Of a DNA stretch of 64,000 bases, positions 40,025 to 52,640 are shown in pieces. Position numbers and translations under genes: made by a program. Numbering within the stretch: the first letter of the stretch is position 1; every line of letters begins with the position of its first letter. This DNA is from Epiperipatus broadwayi. Taxonomy: Eukaryota > Animalia > Onychophora. The notes beneath the pieces are model-generated. The model saw only the letters and a program-made list of their open reading frames with translations. It was not told the origin of the DNA and ran no database searches. The DNA is taken from NCBI GenBank assembly GCA_028023455.1, contig JAQFVV010000005.1:7068001-7132000 (forward strand). Reading direction: 5' to 3'.

Positions 40025-40155
40025 TTGTTACTATCGAATTGTTGAAGTGATACTTCTGTGATCACAAATTGACTGAATATAGCATTTTGAAAACTCATGA
40101 AGCTATTCTCTTCACTGATTATTAGACTTTTGTGATTATTATACACTTCATTTGA
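40025..40155 (+). pseudogene. Tail-only remnant of a ZNF paralog
   Basis: SILKTHEAILFTDY*TFVIIIHFI*, paralogous to 16080-16180. Confidence 0.55.
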
Positions 40156-43100
40156 AAAATAAATTACATTTAATTTTAACTACCTGATAATGCTGTTAAA
40201 AATTTCAGAATAGCCATAAATGATACATACTTTAATCCTCTAGTGATTAAAAAAAACCAAAACAAAGGAACTTTGATTAGAATTTCTTTCTATGGTAGAA
40301 AACTTATATGCTGGAATGTACTCTTAGTCAACAATTTTTTTTTGCCAGAGCATGGGTTGTATGATAATTCTAATTATATGATAGAATTTATTACATTTAT
40401 GTTGAGAATCATATTTCTCACATATGGTTTCTATCTAATTTGTTAGAAGGTCTGAGGAAAGGTTTGTGTCATATTGTAGTGACACACAATAAAAAATTAA
40501 TGTGACTATTTATCAGATTTGCAAGAGATTTTGAAGGTGTATTTATAATAAATTATATAACTGTTAATTAATTTTATAGTATGCAGCAAGTTTAAAAATT
40601 GATGATTGATGATATAAATAGTGATAAAAATATTAGAGCCAGAATTATACATATTTGATAGATTTTAGTGAAATATTACATGATGGTTATTTAATATGAG
40701 ATTTTAAAAAGAAACTTAATGCATATTTAGAGTTTATTTTATATTGATGATAGTTATAGACAAGTAGAAAATAATAAGAGGTGTTGTAGGTATGGACTTG
40801 GAATAGAATGAAGATACAAATTAAAATTTTTGACAATTAATGAAAACAAAAGTTATTAAGGAATCAATAAGAAGAGAGGAACTGTATTGGGCAATTATTT
40901 TATGTAAAGAACATATTTTAAAAATGTTTGAAAAAACTGATATCTGTAAATGGTGAAAGAGAGATATTGCATGCTCAGAAATAGTGATCTAGTTTGAATG
41001 TGACAAAGCATTTTGAAGTGAGTGTAATTACGTAATTATTTCTTGGGCTAACTTTTTAAACAGTAGTTTAAAGAAACATTAAATTCTAATAATTATTTTT
41101 ATTATAATAGATAGTTTGTTCAGTAATAAATCCTTAATATAGATAAATGTGTTTCCATGGACAATTCTCTTCACCTATTAATTTGAATCATCTATCTTAA
41201 GCCTGAGAAATTATGGCCACCAAATGGTAAATTAATATAACCTTTACATCTGCATGAGTTGTTTTCTTTTCATTAATAATGAATCAGGGTGGCTGGAAAT
41301 TAATGCATTCATGTATGTAGATACTTTTTTTTATGCATTTAAGTTAAATATGGAATCAAAAATAATTATGGTTTTGATTCTAAACTAATTCATATTATTG
41401 CTGGTATAGATATCTATATACTAGTATTTTCATCACCTCAATGTAGCATAGGATAGTCATAATTTATTATATGTCATGGGTAAAATTTTAACTAATGGTC
41501 AGAAACTTTAAGCATATATATTTTAAAAGACCAATTAATAACATGATGAACGATTACTTTATAATGATAATTGTCTTTCTATTTCACATTCATTTTGTCA
41601 TTACATAATGAGTTTATTTCTTTGTGAATTCTCAAACATTAATTTGAATTGAATATTCACTTAGTATTCATATCTAAAACTAAGTCTATGAAATTGGTTA
41701 TTTGATGAGTTATATAAATAGATATTATACCTCTGTTGGACAGTAAACTTCATTTATTGTGCTTTATTCTTCCTAGCATTTAGTAATGATTCTTTGTACT
41801 TCATAAAAAAGTTTTTATGTGATACACCTATATTTTGATAGAAATGGTATTTCATGTTGGTTTTTACATTGAATTTCTGATATTACTGAAGAAATGGTAA
41901 ATGATTTATTAAATATAATACATTCTTTTCTCTCTTTAATTTTATTTTCTATTTTAACAAGAATAAATTATTTGTTGTAATTACATTATCTATGTTGAAT
42001 CTGATTCCTTTTTCAGTAGCTAATTAGATATATACAATTCTATGTATCTATCTATCAGTGATAAGTAGTGTGCCAGTCATTAATAATAAAAGATTGATTT
42101 TACACAACAATCCACATGAGTAAAAAAGTAATTGGATACTATTGTCAAATTATTTGCCAGGATAGTTTTTGCTGTTGGATTTTAATTCATGGGAACATAG
42201 TTTGGCACTGTAGCCTCCAGAGGAAAGTCAATGAACAGCTAATATTTTAAGGATCATTTTGGCATTGACATCTGGAATCTATTAACTATACATGATTACC
42301 TGAAATATTCAATTTTATTTACTAGTGCTGAGATCATATGTAATTTAATCAGAAACGACTTACACATTATGCACACACACTATAATTGTGATTAAATTAC
42401 ATAAATCATTGTGCTAGCAAATAAAATTAAATATTACATAGTTTAATTGAAAAATTTTATGAATGTTAGTAAGTAGAAAGAAATTAGTGGATGTATAGTG
42501 AATAATAAAGCAACTTTATGCTCTCAAACTGAGATGCTTTAGATTGGCCTATATAATTGAATTTAGGTACAAAAATAAGATGCGCTCTTATCTTTTAAAA
42601 ATCTCTGTCTTGTGTTTTAGTTTGAGACTATTCTCTGTACTCAATGAAACATCATTGAGCTATTATAACAACACTCCAGCACATGGGCATAGGGATATAA
42701 ATTCTTTCTGATTAAATTACATGATTACATCCATAGCTCAAAGATAGAGTGATGTAAAATGAAATTCTATTTTGGCATGTATTAAATATAAGTTAGAAAA
42801 GTTGTGGAGTTGCAATTTAAATAAAAATAATGAAATATAATTTACTTTTTGAATTTTGTATTTATGTATTTGGTAAATGTCTTTCATTACATTTTTCTGA
42901 ACATTATTATTTATTTTAGGATCATATTATTGGCATGAAATGTCTATTAACCAAAAAAGTTTTAGTGTAAATTTTTTGAATTTCTGTTTTTACAAATCCA
43001 TCTAAATTTATTTAGTATAATTTAATTCTGTATGCCTACATCTTATTTTATATTTTGATGCAAATTTTTTTTAAATATATTTTTCAAAAGAATAATCATT

Positions 43101-44199
43101 GTTTTTTTTTAAAAAAATATATTGCTTTATATAAAACATTTTTAACACTGCTTTAAGTATTTTTTTTTTATTTAGGTTGGTCCTAATTCTCACTACAAAA
43201 TGACTGCAGTTCTAAAAATCAATGATTGTGCTCTATAAACCTCGATTTTTATAATGATAGAAGCTGAAACAAGCTATTTTGAAGAAACCTACCTTCAAAA
43301 ATTTATACCCATTTACTGTTAGAAGTATGACACAGTAAGATTATTTGCTGATCATTTTAACTACCTTTTTGTCTAGACTTTGATCACAGTTTGGTATCAT
43401 CTTTATTAATAATCATGTTATGTGGAAGAAATGTATCAACATTTTTATAAATTGCTGATCATTTTGATAAAAAAATATTTATATGGAAAGAATTCATTGA
43501 AAATTAAAAGTTGTATAGTTACAAGTGAATAGAAGTAAAAGTCCCATTATAGACAATTAATAAATGAATTGTATTTTTAGAAAATATTTTTTAAAATTTG
43601 AAATTTTAAATATTTTGAAATATAGAGAGGATAAAGGTAAATGTTATCCAAATATTGGAACTATAAAATTGTAAGAAACATTTAAATTGAGACCGTCCAG
43701 TTCGCATAAATGATAGAGTTAATATTTTTGAGCAGTAATAAATATTTTCAGTTATGAAAGTTGTTGAGAGTCTGTGAATGAGAAACAAATGTGATTTTAA
43801 GGAATATTTTCTTCCAAATTATTTATGATTAAAATGTTTTTTTTTTTTAAAAAAAAACACATTATATTTAACTAAAATATCTATAAATATTTTTTCCTAA
43901 ATTGCATTTAATGATTTTAATACTAAATTAACTTATTTAAATAAAAAAACTTAATTAAACATTCATTCAAAATAAATATCTTTTATTTAGCCTTTTTCAT
44001 AATTTAATGTCAAAACTATTCAATTATATAATTAAATATTAAAATATTTATAAATATCGCTCTTACAATATCAATTATTGTAAAAAGTAACTTTGTTTGA
44101 AATGAATTTATTTCAAAATATTTCTGATAAATAAAGAAATTTAGTTTAGATAAAAGTTTTTTTATCTATATTTGTGAATGAAAACTGTTGCGCCCAGTG

Positions 44200-45598
44200 A
44201 TTTTATTTAGTATTTTAAAATGCATAAAAGTGTATGTAAAGAAGAAAAAAACTTTTGAGTGCCATTTGTCTGATTTAAGGTACAGAAATTTGTTAGTTTA
44301 AATTCTATAAAATAATTCATGCATTAGAAAAATCTGACCATTATAGTATTTATGATTATAATTCGGTTGTTGTACAATGTGACTTTACAATCCATTAAAG
44401 AAGGCATACAAGAGAATAATATTTTGCAATATATCACTAGCACTTTTGAGGTAAAATAGTTTAAAAGTGCATGAAAGAACACAGAGAAAAGAAAATCTCA
44501 TCATGGCAATATGTAACTCAGGGAAAAAGTTGGAAAATTCTTGGAAGAAGACATAGTGTAGAAAATGTTTTCATTGCACTTGCATGATTTCAAAACTGCT
44601 ATTAAAAATAGGTTAAAAAAATCCGTGAAAGGACACATATAGAAAGAAAATGTTTTCAATGTAGCTGAAGTGATTATAAAACTACTGTAAAAAATATGTG
44701 AAAATGCATGAAAGAACACATTCTGGAGAAATTTTTTTAAGGGAGGTTGCAAAAGTATGAATTAGCCAGGAAAATTAAATTTCAAAAGCATGAATGAATA
44801 CATACCAAAAACAACTTTAGCTTTGCAATTTATATAATTATAATTTTATTATATATTTTTCTTTAAAAATGTGTCAAAGCATCAATACAGGAGAACTACT
44901 GTTCCAATTTCAGATTATGTGACTATTGGGCTACTATTAAACATAAATTAAAAATTCACAAAACAAATATATGCATAAGAAAAATCTTTTCCTTGCAGTT
45001 TATATACTTATAAAACATGTTGAGAATTAATTATCCATTTTATTGTATTTTTTTTTCAAACTGTTTTTAAAAATAGTTTAAAGAAATGAAGTTCACTTGC
45101 ATTGTTATTTACATAATTATAAGGTAGCCAATAAAAAGTACTGTTCAGAAGTGAAAACATAAAGGAGAAAAAACATTTGGTTACAGTGTGGATAGTTACA
45201 AAACTGCCATGAAAAATAATTTAAAAACTGATGACACATAAGATGAAAAAACCCTTTTTTGTAAGTACAAAAGCACATTGAAAAGCAATTTGAAAATCTG
45301 TGCAAGACCACATACTGGAGAAATATGTTTCTACTGTAGGCATTAAGTTACTAAGTGGCTGCAAAAATGTGTTTAAATGTTGTGTTATTACAAAAGCACT
45401 GAAAATTATGTAAAAATTGTTGAATATTCTAATACATGTAAAAACTTTTCATTGCAATTATCAAACTTCTGTAAAACAAAACTCACTTCAGTGTAGCTTG
45501 CATGATTAGATGAATATTGAATTAACCCATTTAAAAATTCATGAATATTTTCATACTGCTGTAAAACTTTTTTATGAAAATTTTAGTGTAAAAATAAT
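44200..45598 (+). pseudogene. Decayed zinc-finger repeats 5' of the second intact ZNF ORF
   Basis: Many finger remnants (GTGCATGAAAGAACACA, TGTGATTATAA, CATACTGGAGAAA) with stops and indels. Confidence 0.7.
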
Positions 45599-47380
45599 GT
45601 GAAAATGGAGGAAAGAACACCCACAGGAAAAAATCCTTTACACTGCAGCTTTTGCAATTACCAAGCTGCTGCTAAAGAAAATTTAAAGATACATGAAAGA
45701 ACACATATAGGACAAAAAACCAATGGAAAAACTCAATTAAAAATTCACGAATATTTACATGTAGAAGAAATACATCCTTTTCATTGTAATTTTTGTGGGT
45801 ATAAAACTGCATGGAAAAGTAATTTGAAAAAACATCAAAAAACACATACAGAAGAAAAACCTTTCCAGTGTACTGTTTGCAATTACCAAACTGCTGTGAA
45901 AGCAAACATAACGTTACATGAACGAACACATACAGGAGAAAAACCATTTCAATGTAGCTTTTGCAAATACCAAGCTGTAGCTAAAAGACGTTTAAAGATA
46001 CATGAAAGAACACATACAGGAGAAAAACCGTTCCAGTGTCGCTTTTGCAATTACCAAGCTGCTTATAAAACCAGTTTAAATGTGCATGAAAGAACACACA
46101 CAGGCGAAAAGCCATTTCAGTGTAGCTTTTGTGATTATAAGACTATTGAAAAATCTCGCTTAAAAATTCATGAATATTCTCACACAGGCATAAAACCTTT
46201 TCAATGTAAAGTTTGTGGATATAATACTGTACTGAAACAAAACTTGAAAATACATGAAAGAACACATACAGGAGAAAAGCCTTTCCAATGTAGTTTTTGC
46301 AATTACAAAGCTGCACTTAAAAGACATTTAAAGGTACATGAAAGAACACACACAGGAGAAAAACCGTTCCAGTGTCGCTCTTGCACTTACCAAGCTGCAG
46401 CTAAAACTAGTTTAACTGTACATGAACGAACACATACAGGTGAAAAACCGTTTCACTGTAGGTTGTGTGACTATAAGACCATTGAAAAATCTCGCTTGAA
46501 AATTCATGAATATTCTCACAAAGGCATAAAACCTTTTCGTTGTAATTTTTGTGAATACGAAACTGCATGGAAAAGTACTTTGAAAGTGCATGAAAAAACA
46601 CATACAGGAGAGAAACCATTTCAATGTAGTTTATGTGATTATAAGACTATTGAAAAATGCAGGTTAAAAATTCATGAATATTCTCATACAGGAGAAAAAC
46701 CGTTTCACTGTAACTTGTGTGATTATAAGACCATTGAAAAATCTCGCTTAAAGAGTCATGAATATTCTCACACAGGCATAAAACCATTTCATTGTAATTT
46801 ATGTGGTTACAAAACTGCATGGAAAAATACTTTGAAAGTACATGAAAAAACTCATAGAGGAGAAAAAACATTCCAGTGCCCCTTTTGTGATTACAAGACT
46901 TCTGAAAAAAAATTTTTTGAAATTCATAAATATGCTGCTCACACATATGAAAAACATTTCCTTTGTAATGTTTGTGATTACAGAACTGAAAACAAAAATA
47001 CTTTTAAAAGGCATCAAATAACACATACAGAAAAAAACCTTATCCACAGCACTTTTTGTAAATACAGTGCTACTGTAAAAGGTGACACAAAGATGCATGC
47101 CTTAACACTTGGTGGAGAAAACGTTGCTGAGTACACTTTATGTGATTATAAAATTGTTTCTCATAATGATTTGATTAAACTTAAAACATGTGTTCATGTG
47201 AATTATTCTCTTAACACTAAGCAAAATGAACAAGAAATGGCAAAAAATAGCCCAAATAGGGAAACGTTTAAGTGTAGTTTATGTGATTATAAAAATGCAG
47301 AAAACAATTTGTTGAGAAGTCATGAAGCTAGTCATTTCACTGATTATGATACTGTCGAGTTCCTGGTACAATTGATATAA
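45599..47380 (+). CDS. Poly-C2H2 zinc-finger protein (~17 intact fingers), paralog of the 19617 gene; first ATG at 45605
   Basis: Uninterrupted 593-codon ORF with TGEKP linkers and the same degenerate-finger, spacer and terminal-finger layout; tail HFTDYDTVEFLVQLI. Confidence 0.9.
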   Translation: MKMEERTPTGKNPLHCSFCNYQAAAKENLKIHERTHIGQKTNGKTQLKIHEYLHVEEIHPFHCNFCGYKTAWKSNLKKHQKTHTEEKPFQCTVCNYQTAVKANITLHERTHTGEKPFQCSFCKYQAVAKRRLKIHERTHTGEKPFQCRFCNYQAAYKTSLNVHERTHTGEKPFQCSFCDYKTIEKSRLKIHEYSHTGIKPFQCKVCGYNTVLKQNLKIHERTHTGEKPFQCSFCNYKAALKRHLKVHERTHTGEKPFQCRSCTYQAAAKTSLTVHERTHTGEKPFHCRLCDYKTIEKSRLKIHEYSHKGIKPFRCNFCEYETAWKSTLKVHEKTHTGEKPFQCSLCDYKTIEKCRLKIHEYSHTGEKPFHCNLCDYKTIEKSRLKSHEYSHTGIKPFHCNLCGYKTAWKNTLKVHEKTHRGEKTFQCPFCDYKTSEKKFFEIHKYAAHTYEKHFLCNVCDYRTENKNTFKRHQITHTEKNLIHSTFCKYSATVKGDTKMHALTLGGENVAEYTLCDYKIVSHNDLIKLKTCVHVNYSLNTKQNEQEMAKNSPNRETFKCSLCDYKNAENNLLRSHEASHFTDYDTVEFLVQLI

Positions 47381-49069
47381 CATAGTTTACTTTTGATTAT
47401 TTGATAATGTTGATAAATTGTTTAACATTAAAATAACACAAAAGTTTTTGTCTACCAAAACAAAATTATTGATTAAAATTTTTTTGGGGTTATGTAAAAT
47501 AGTCATCTGTCTTCAAGAATTTGTTACATTCATTAGAATATTAGTATATTGTAAGTAAGCAAATAATTAATTAACATGACCATGTGTAAGAGTGATTTTG
47601 AAGATCAGCTTTCAATAAATTATTTAGCTGATGACTTCTTTTAATTATTTAAAAAGTTGAATTATTGATTATGGAAATAATGTTAAAGGAAATTAAATTG
47701 AGAATGTGATGGATAAATAGACTTGATAAAAATGTAAATCTTTGATTTAAAAATGAAGTTTTATGAATGTTTAATTTGACTTCAATTTATATTAAGTACA
47801 GATATAGGTAATTAAGAAAATATGAGAATGTTGGAAATGCAAATTTAGAACAGAATGAAAGAATATAAATTCAATTTTTTTAAAAGTATTAGAGAAATAG
47901 AAAAAAATTATTTAAAAATGCATTAAAAGAAAGTGAATTGAATTGGAAAATTATTTCATGGAAAGGCAATTAGACAAATATGTTGAAAGAGTCTGATAAA
48001 TGTAAGTTGTACATGAAAGATATTTAAAAATAGAGCAAGAGTTGGAATGGCTTGGAGGGGGAATTTAGTTTGATGCGTGATAAAGAATTTTGAAGTGAGT
48101 TTAGTCACATATTTATTACTTCAGTTTATTTTAAGAACCTGTTTTAAAAATGTCATTTTTTTATGTGTGTAATAGATATTTTGGGTTGTAGTAGATACTC
48201 CTGCCGCCAACACACTTTTAATCAAGAGCAGTTTTTTTTACCCTACTGAAGTAAGTGTGAATAGTCATTAGATATTGAATGGAAGAATATTGTAAGTTGC
48301 AGTTTCTCACACTGATTTTAATCTTTTGTCTTCTTCAAAGACAACTTAAAGTAAATGCTAGAGCTAATGCATTTGATTTAATTTAATTGTACTAACTATA
48401 ATTAGCCTAAATGTTAACTGCTTTTTTACATGTGATGCTGGAAAATCTGTTTTTAATTTCATTTTTTAACTGTGAAAACTTTAATGTAGTCGATAAAAAA
48501 ATGTTATATATTTTATTTGAAAATATAACATCACCTGATTCTTTTCATTAGAAAATTTTTTAACTGAAGTCCTATTGTTTTTCTTTAATCTGGCACCATT
48601 TTCTCTTAATCAATGTACATATTGGGACTGGACCGAGTACTGTTATATATTTGGTATCCCCATTAACTACCTCTACAAAAAACCTGAAATTTAAAAAACA
48701 AAATCTTAGTATTCTGAACTCAAGACAACTTACTTTTTATCATTATAAGCTGGTCTAGCAATGGGAATTGTATTGCACTAAATCTAATAAACAATGATAT
48801 TTCTCAAGTTTGTAATAGATTATGCTAATCTAGAGAGTCATTTGCAAAACACAATCATTGCATAACAAGTTTTACTATAATAGTGTATGTAATCAGTATA
48901 TGCATACTGAATTTTTATTTGTTATAAAAAGATGGACTTGAGTTTCTGACTGACTACAATATATTTCTGTATCTTTAATCATTAAATAAAGCAACACATG
49001 AATAATTGTATAATTCATTTATCATTTTAAAACTAAAAACAAACTTCCTGATACATAAAATAGTTTTTA

Positions 49070-50000
49070 ACTATAATGGTAACAAATACACAATAATAAT
49101 ATAGTATTTATGTAGGAGCCCTTTGATTACAGTGTAATCATCAACAGAAATTCTAAAGAAAAACAGCAGATGTTGTGAATTTTTTGAAACTGTATAGATC
49201 AATATAAGGCAATTGATTATGATATCACCTTTAAATGGTTTATAAGAATCACCTCTTGTAATTTTTCTCTCTTTATTCAATATTTTTATATGATCTGAAT
49301 TAAAAGTAAAATTACATTTTTTTACAATCGAATCTAAAGTCATATTACACTGATTATTTTTAATCTTTTTATAAGGTTATAAACTGGATGAGATTCATTT
49401 AATCTTCTTATAAAATACACCAGTGTATAATTTTTTTATCCACATCTTGATTCAACAAATATGATTTTTTGCATCATATCATTTAATAAATAATATCACA
49501 TTTTTGTTTCTAGAAATAGTATAGGACCATAAAATAGAATATTGGGTTTTTGTTTTTTTTTTATAAATGCAGATTGAATATTTTCCCCATAAATACAGAT
49601 TAAATATTATTTAAAAAGATAGATTTCCACTTTTGAATATTTTGATATATATCAGTATTATGTGACTTATTAAATTTATTTAATGAATGCAGAATTTATC
49701 TTATATTGTGTTTTACACTTATTTTTATCAATTTTATAATTACATTATTTTTTTATTACTATCTAAAAAGAATTTTAAATTCACCATATCATGTGTCATT
49801 GATAAATGTGACAAAATAAATATATCTTCTTTTTTAATTAGGTTTGCAAATATTTCATAGTTTAAGCAATCATTTCTTCCAGACCCATGTAATTGTAAAA
49901 GATTTATAATTCTCTTTTCTTTGTTTTAATAGATCAAACATGATTATTTAAATTGTTTATGTTTTATAAAAAAGCTTTAATAATATGTTCAACAAAATAA
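49070..50000 (-). mobile_element. Possible very old I/Jockey-group LINE relic
   Basis: LIYTVSKN in ORF 49071-49343 resembles the RNase H IYTDGSK motif; weak KYL..HI-like remnant near 49850. Confidence 0.3.
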
Positions 50001-50830
50001 ACAAAAAATAATATCATTGTTATATATAGCACAATAAAGCCATAAATAATATAAAGTAACAAAAAAAATATAAATTTTATGCATTTTATGATTCTGGTGC
50101 AATCATTTGCCATTTCTAAGTGCCATACAGGATTATATTTTTTAAAAAAGAAAATAATTATAAATAAATTTTAAATCATGCCAGTTGCCATTTTTCCATC
50201 TCACAGTGCTGTAAAGAACTATATTCATTAATAAAATATTTTTGGTATGTTGTGACAGCACATGTATTTTATTTCTCTTTTATGGTTCTTTCTGAATTTC
50301 ATATGCAATATTTATGTAATAAAATAGTATCTAATCATTATGCTAAGCATTTTATCAAATTTTAGAAGATATTTAAATTTAATACTGACATAAAAACAGT
50401 AAACAATTAAAAATGTCATAGATTGTTAATAATGAAATTAGTTTGTTATGCTTCTGTAAGAGAAAATACTTTTTGAGAAAAAATATATATCACCCGGAGC
50501 ATATTAAATTGTGATGAATGTCAGACATTTTGCTTTTTACTTTATTTACAAAATAAAAGTGCATCATAGTAAGTTTATTTTTTTAGAGAATGCAAAATAT
50601 ATATAAATGTTTTCCCACAGTTTATTATTAATAGCTATTTTTTTTTTTTAATTGCTTACTATAATTTTTATTTATATATTGTAACATTTTTCACATTTTG
50701 ATAGGCCTTCAATTACGCACTAAAATGCGTGAGTTAATCAAGCTATGAAGAAGAAAAGTATTTCATTCATATTTCTAAAAAGCATAGCTATATTTCCTGA
50801 TTAACTCGGCCTAATCTAGATTACTTAATA

Positions 50831-50903
50831 TTAAAACAGGCAAAACTCACTATACGTATGCCACACACAGCAAGATATGTATAGTGAGTTTTGCCTGTTT
50901 TAA
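50831..50903. repeat. Perfect 25-bp inverted repeat, related to the mini-Penelope 3' end
   Basis: TTAAAACAGGCAAAACTCACTATAC (50831-55) pairs with GTATAGTGAGTTTTGCCTGTTTTAA (50879-903). Downstream AGAGATGGTGGTCATGTGATGTTTA resembles the family end TGAGATAGTGATCATGTGATGTTTA. Confidence 0.85.
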
Positions 50904-51586
50904 CAACAGTTATACACAAGCATAAGAGATGGTGGTCATGTGATGTTTATTGGCTTATGCACCAGAATTCTATAAAAATTTATTGACCCGCCGCGTTACA
51001 TCGCATATCGTAAATTAAAAAGAAAAATTCTTTAAAAAAGATTGATATTTTGATTCATTGTCATTTTAAAGTTTGTTAATGAAATTTTCCCAGGGCTTAA
51101 ATAATCACCATATGGGCAAAGGTAATTGATATTTTCATATCTTACTATTGAAATAAATAACTAAAATTAATAATGTACAGATGAAAATTATATTACAAGC
51201 AAATGTTTTATTATACAGTTAAAATATTTAATGATAAATTATTATTATTAATTAGAAAGGACATGCATGCTAAACCAGGTAATCACATTTCATAATTAAC
51301 ACAGTTCATTCCTTTCTGTTCTCTCTTTATAAAAACAATCCATGGATCAAAATATCTCGTAAATCAGGGAATGTCTATCGGGATTATATTATAAGCTTAT
51401 AAATTGCAAATAGTTCATTAGTCACAATCAGCATATGAATAGTTTAGCTTACCGGTAAGTTTGTGTAGATTCGTGGGATCCTGAGCTCATTGAAATTTAA
51501 TTGGTTTCTCCTGCTGGCATCTTCATATTCCTGATCTGTTCCATAGTTGGAGCTAGAAGCTTTTATGGTGGTCTTCTTTCCGAAAG

Positions 51587-51730
51587 ACAGTGTCCACAAT
51601 AAATTCCCATCTTTGTACGCAGGCTATATTCAGCAAGTGAGAAGTATTCTTATGCATTTTATTACCCCAGGTCATTCTTCTGAAACCTCTAACTCTAAAA
51701 CTCAAAGGCCATACGACACAAACAGAAGAC
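51587..51730 (-). pseudogene. Possible PHD-finger relic (second copy 53644-53787)
   Basis: Minus strand VFCLCRM ... KC..(E)YFHL ... YCGHC with stops and frameshifts fits the C4HC3 layout loosely. Confidence 0.35.
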
Positions 51731-52339
51731 CTAGATCAAAGTTATCTTTTTATACCGTGATCCAGTTTCGGAGGTTCTGCGCATATTGTTATCATGATAT
51801 ATAAGTGCATAATCTTATACATTCACCATTCTTTTTTCTAGTACAAAATTCTCCTTTTTACAAATTCTTTCCACTATTTTTAATTAGAGTTAAAAAGATT
51901 TTATTAATTGTAATCTTTTTACTTTTGGAATTCTTTTTTTAAATCAGAATTAGTAATCTGTATGCCTTTTTTATTCTTTCTGATTTCAACTTTTACTAAA
52001 TTACAAAGATAAATATGACACAAAATATTAACTTTCATTGTATGTTTAAAAAAAAAAAATTACACTAACTAAAAAAAAATTAAAATTGCATATTTTAATA
52101 AGATCTTTATATTTACTTTTTTTAGTCTTTAAATATATTACCAAATACCAATACGTTTGTTCCATATATAAATAAATGGTACAATATCACCGGGGCCAGG
52201 GGACGAGAATAAAATAGGAGTTTGAACTAATTTTATTCTTAAGTTTTAAATCCATATTCTGTGATTTTTTTTTGTATTACTGTTGCTGATATATTTTTGT
52301 AAACTTATTCACAAATTGTTTGTGGCTTTAAAGCCCACA

Positions 52340-52640
52340 TTTTAGGGTCTAACATGGTGGGAATGAAACATTTCCACATTCATCTGTGTCCTTTCTGGAC
52401 AAATGTAAGGCTAACAGTAAGAAGCCCAAGTCCTAAGCACATATGACAATTGCTCATCTTTTTGAGTTTTACAGGCATGTGACAACTTGATTCATCCCCT
52501 GTTTCTCAGGAACCCTGCTACAAATAGACTGATTGGCATTAATGAATGATCTTGTTACATACTGGGGTAAAAGGACTAGCAGCTATTATTTTCTCCTCTC
52601 CAGTATCCAACTACCCAGTTAACACTTGTGACTTAACATC
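52340..52640 (-). mobile_element. Possible R1/LOA-type gag (ORF1) zinc-knuckle relic
   Basis: GDESSCHMPVKLKKMSNCHMCLGLG followed by PERTQM and CG.C resembles the GW.SC.V...RC..C.G.GH....C.GPDR...C.KC pattern of R1-clade ORF1; broken frames. Confidence 0.35.

Larger units (their letters stand above)
29280..48535 (+). repeat. Second copy of an old ~25-28 kb segmental duplication (first copy ~1130-23440)
   Basis: Collinear blocks: 1130/29280, 4000/30660, 6600/33370, 8690/35330, 9180/36300, 16040/40025, 17780/41835, 19170/43170, 22301/47380, 23420/48520. Confidence 0.85.

Noticed and set aside
50980-51010. Reverse-strand Helitron 3' end (GACCCGCCGCGTT; also ~53050)
   Set aside because: No CTAG terminus in either copy, and the duplicated unit extends ~300 bp beyond it.
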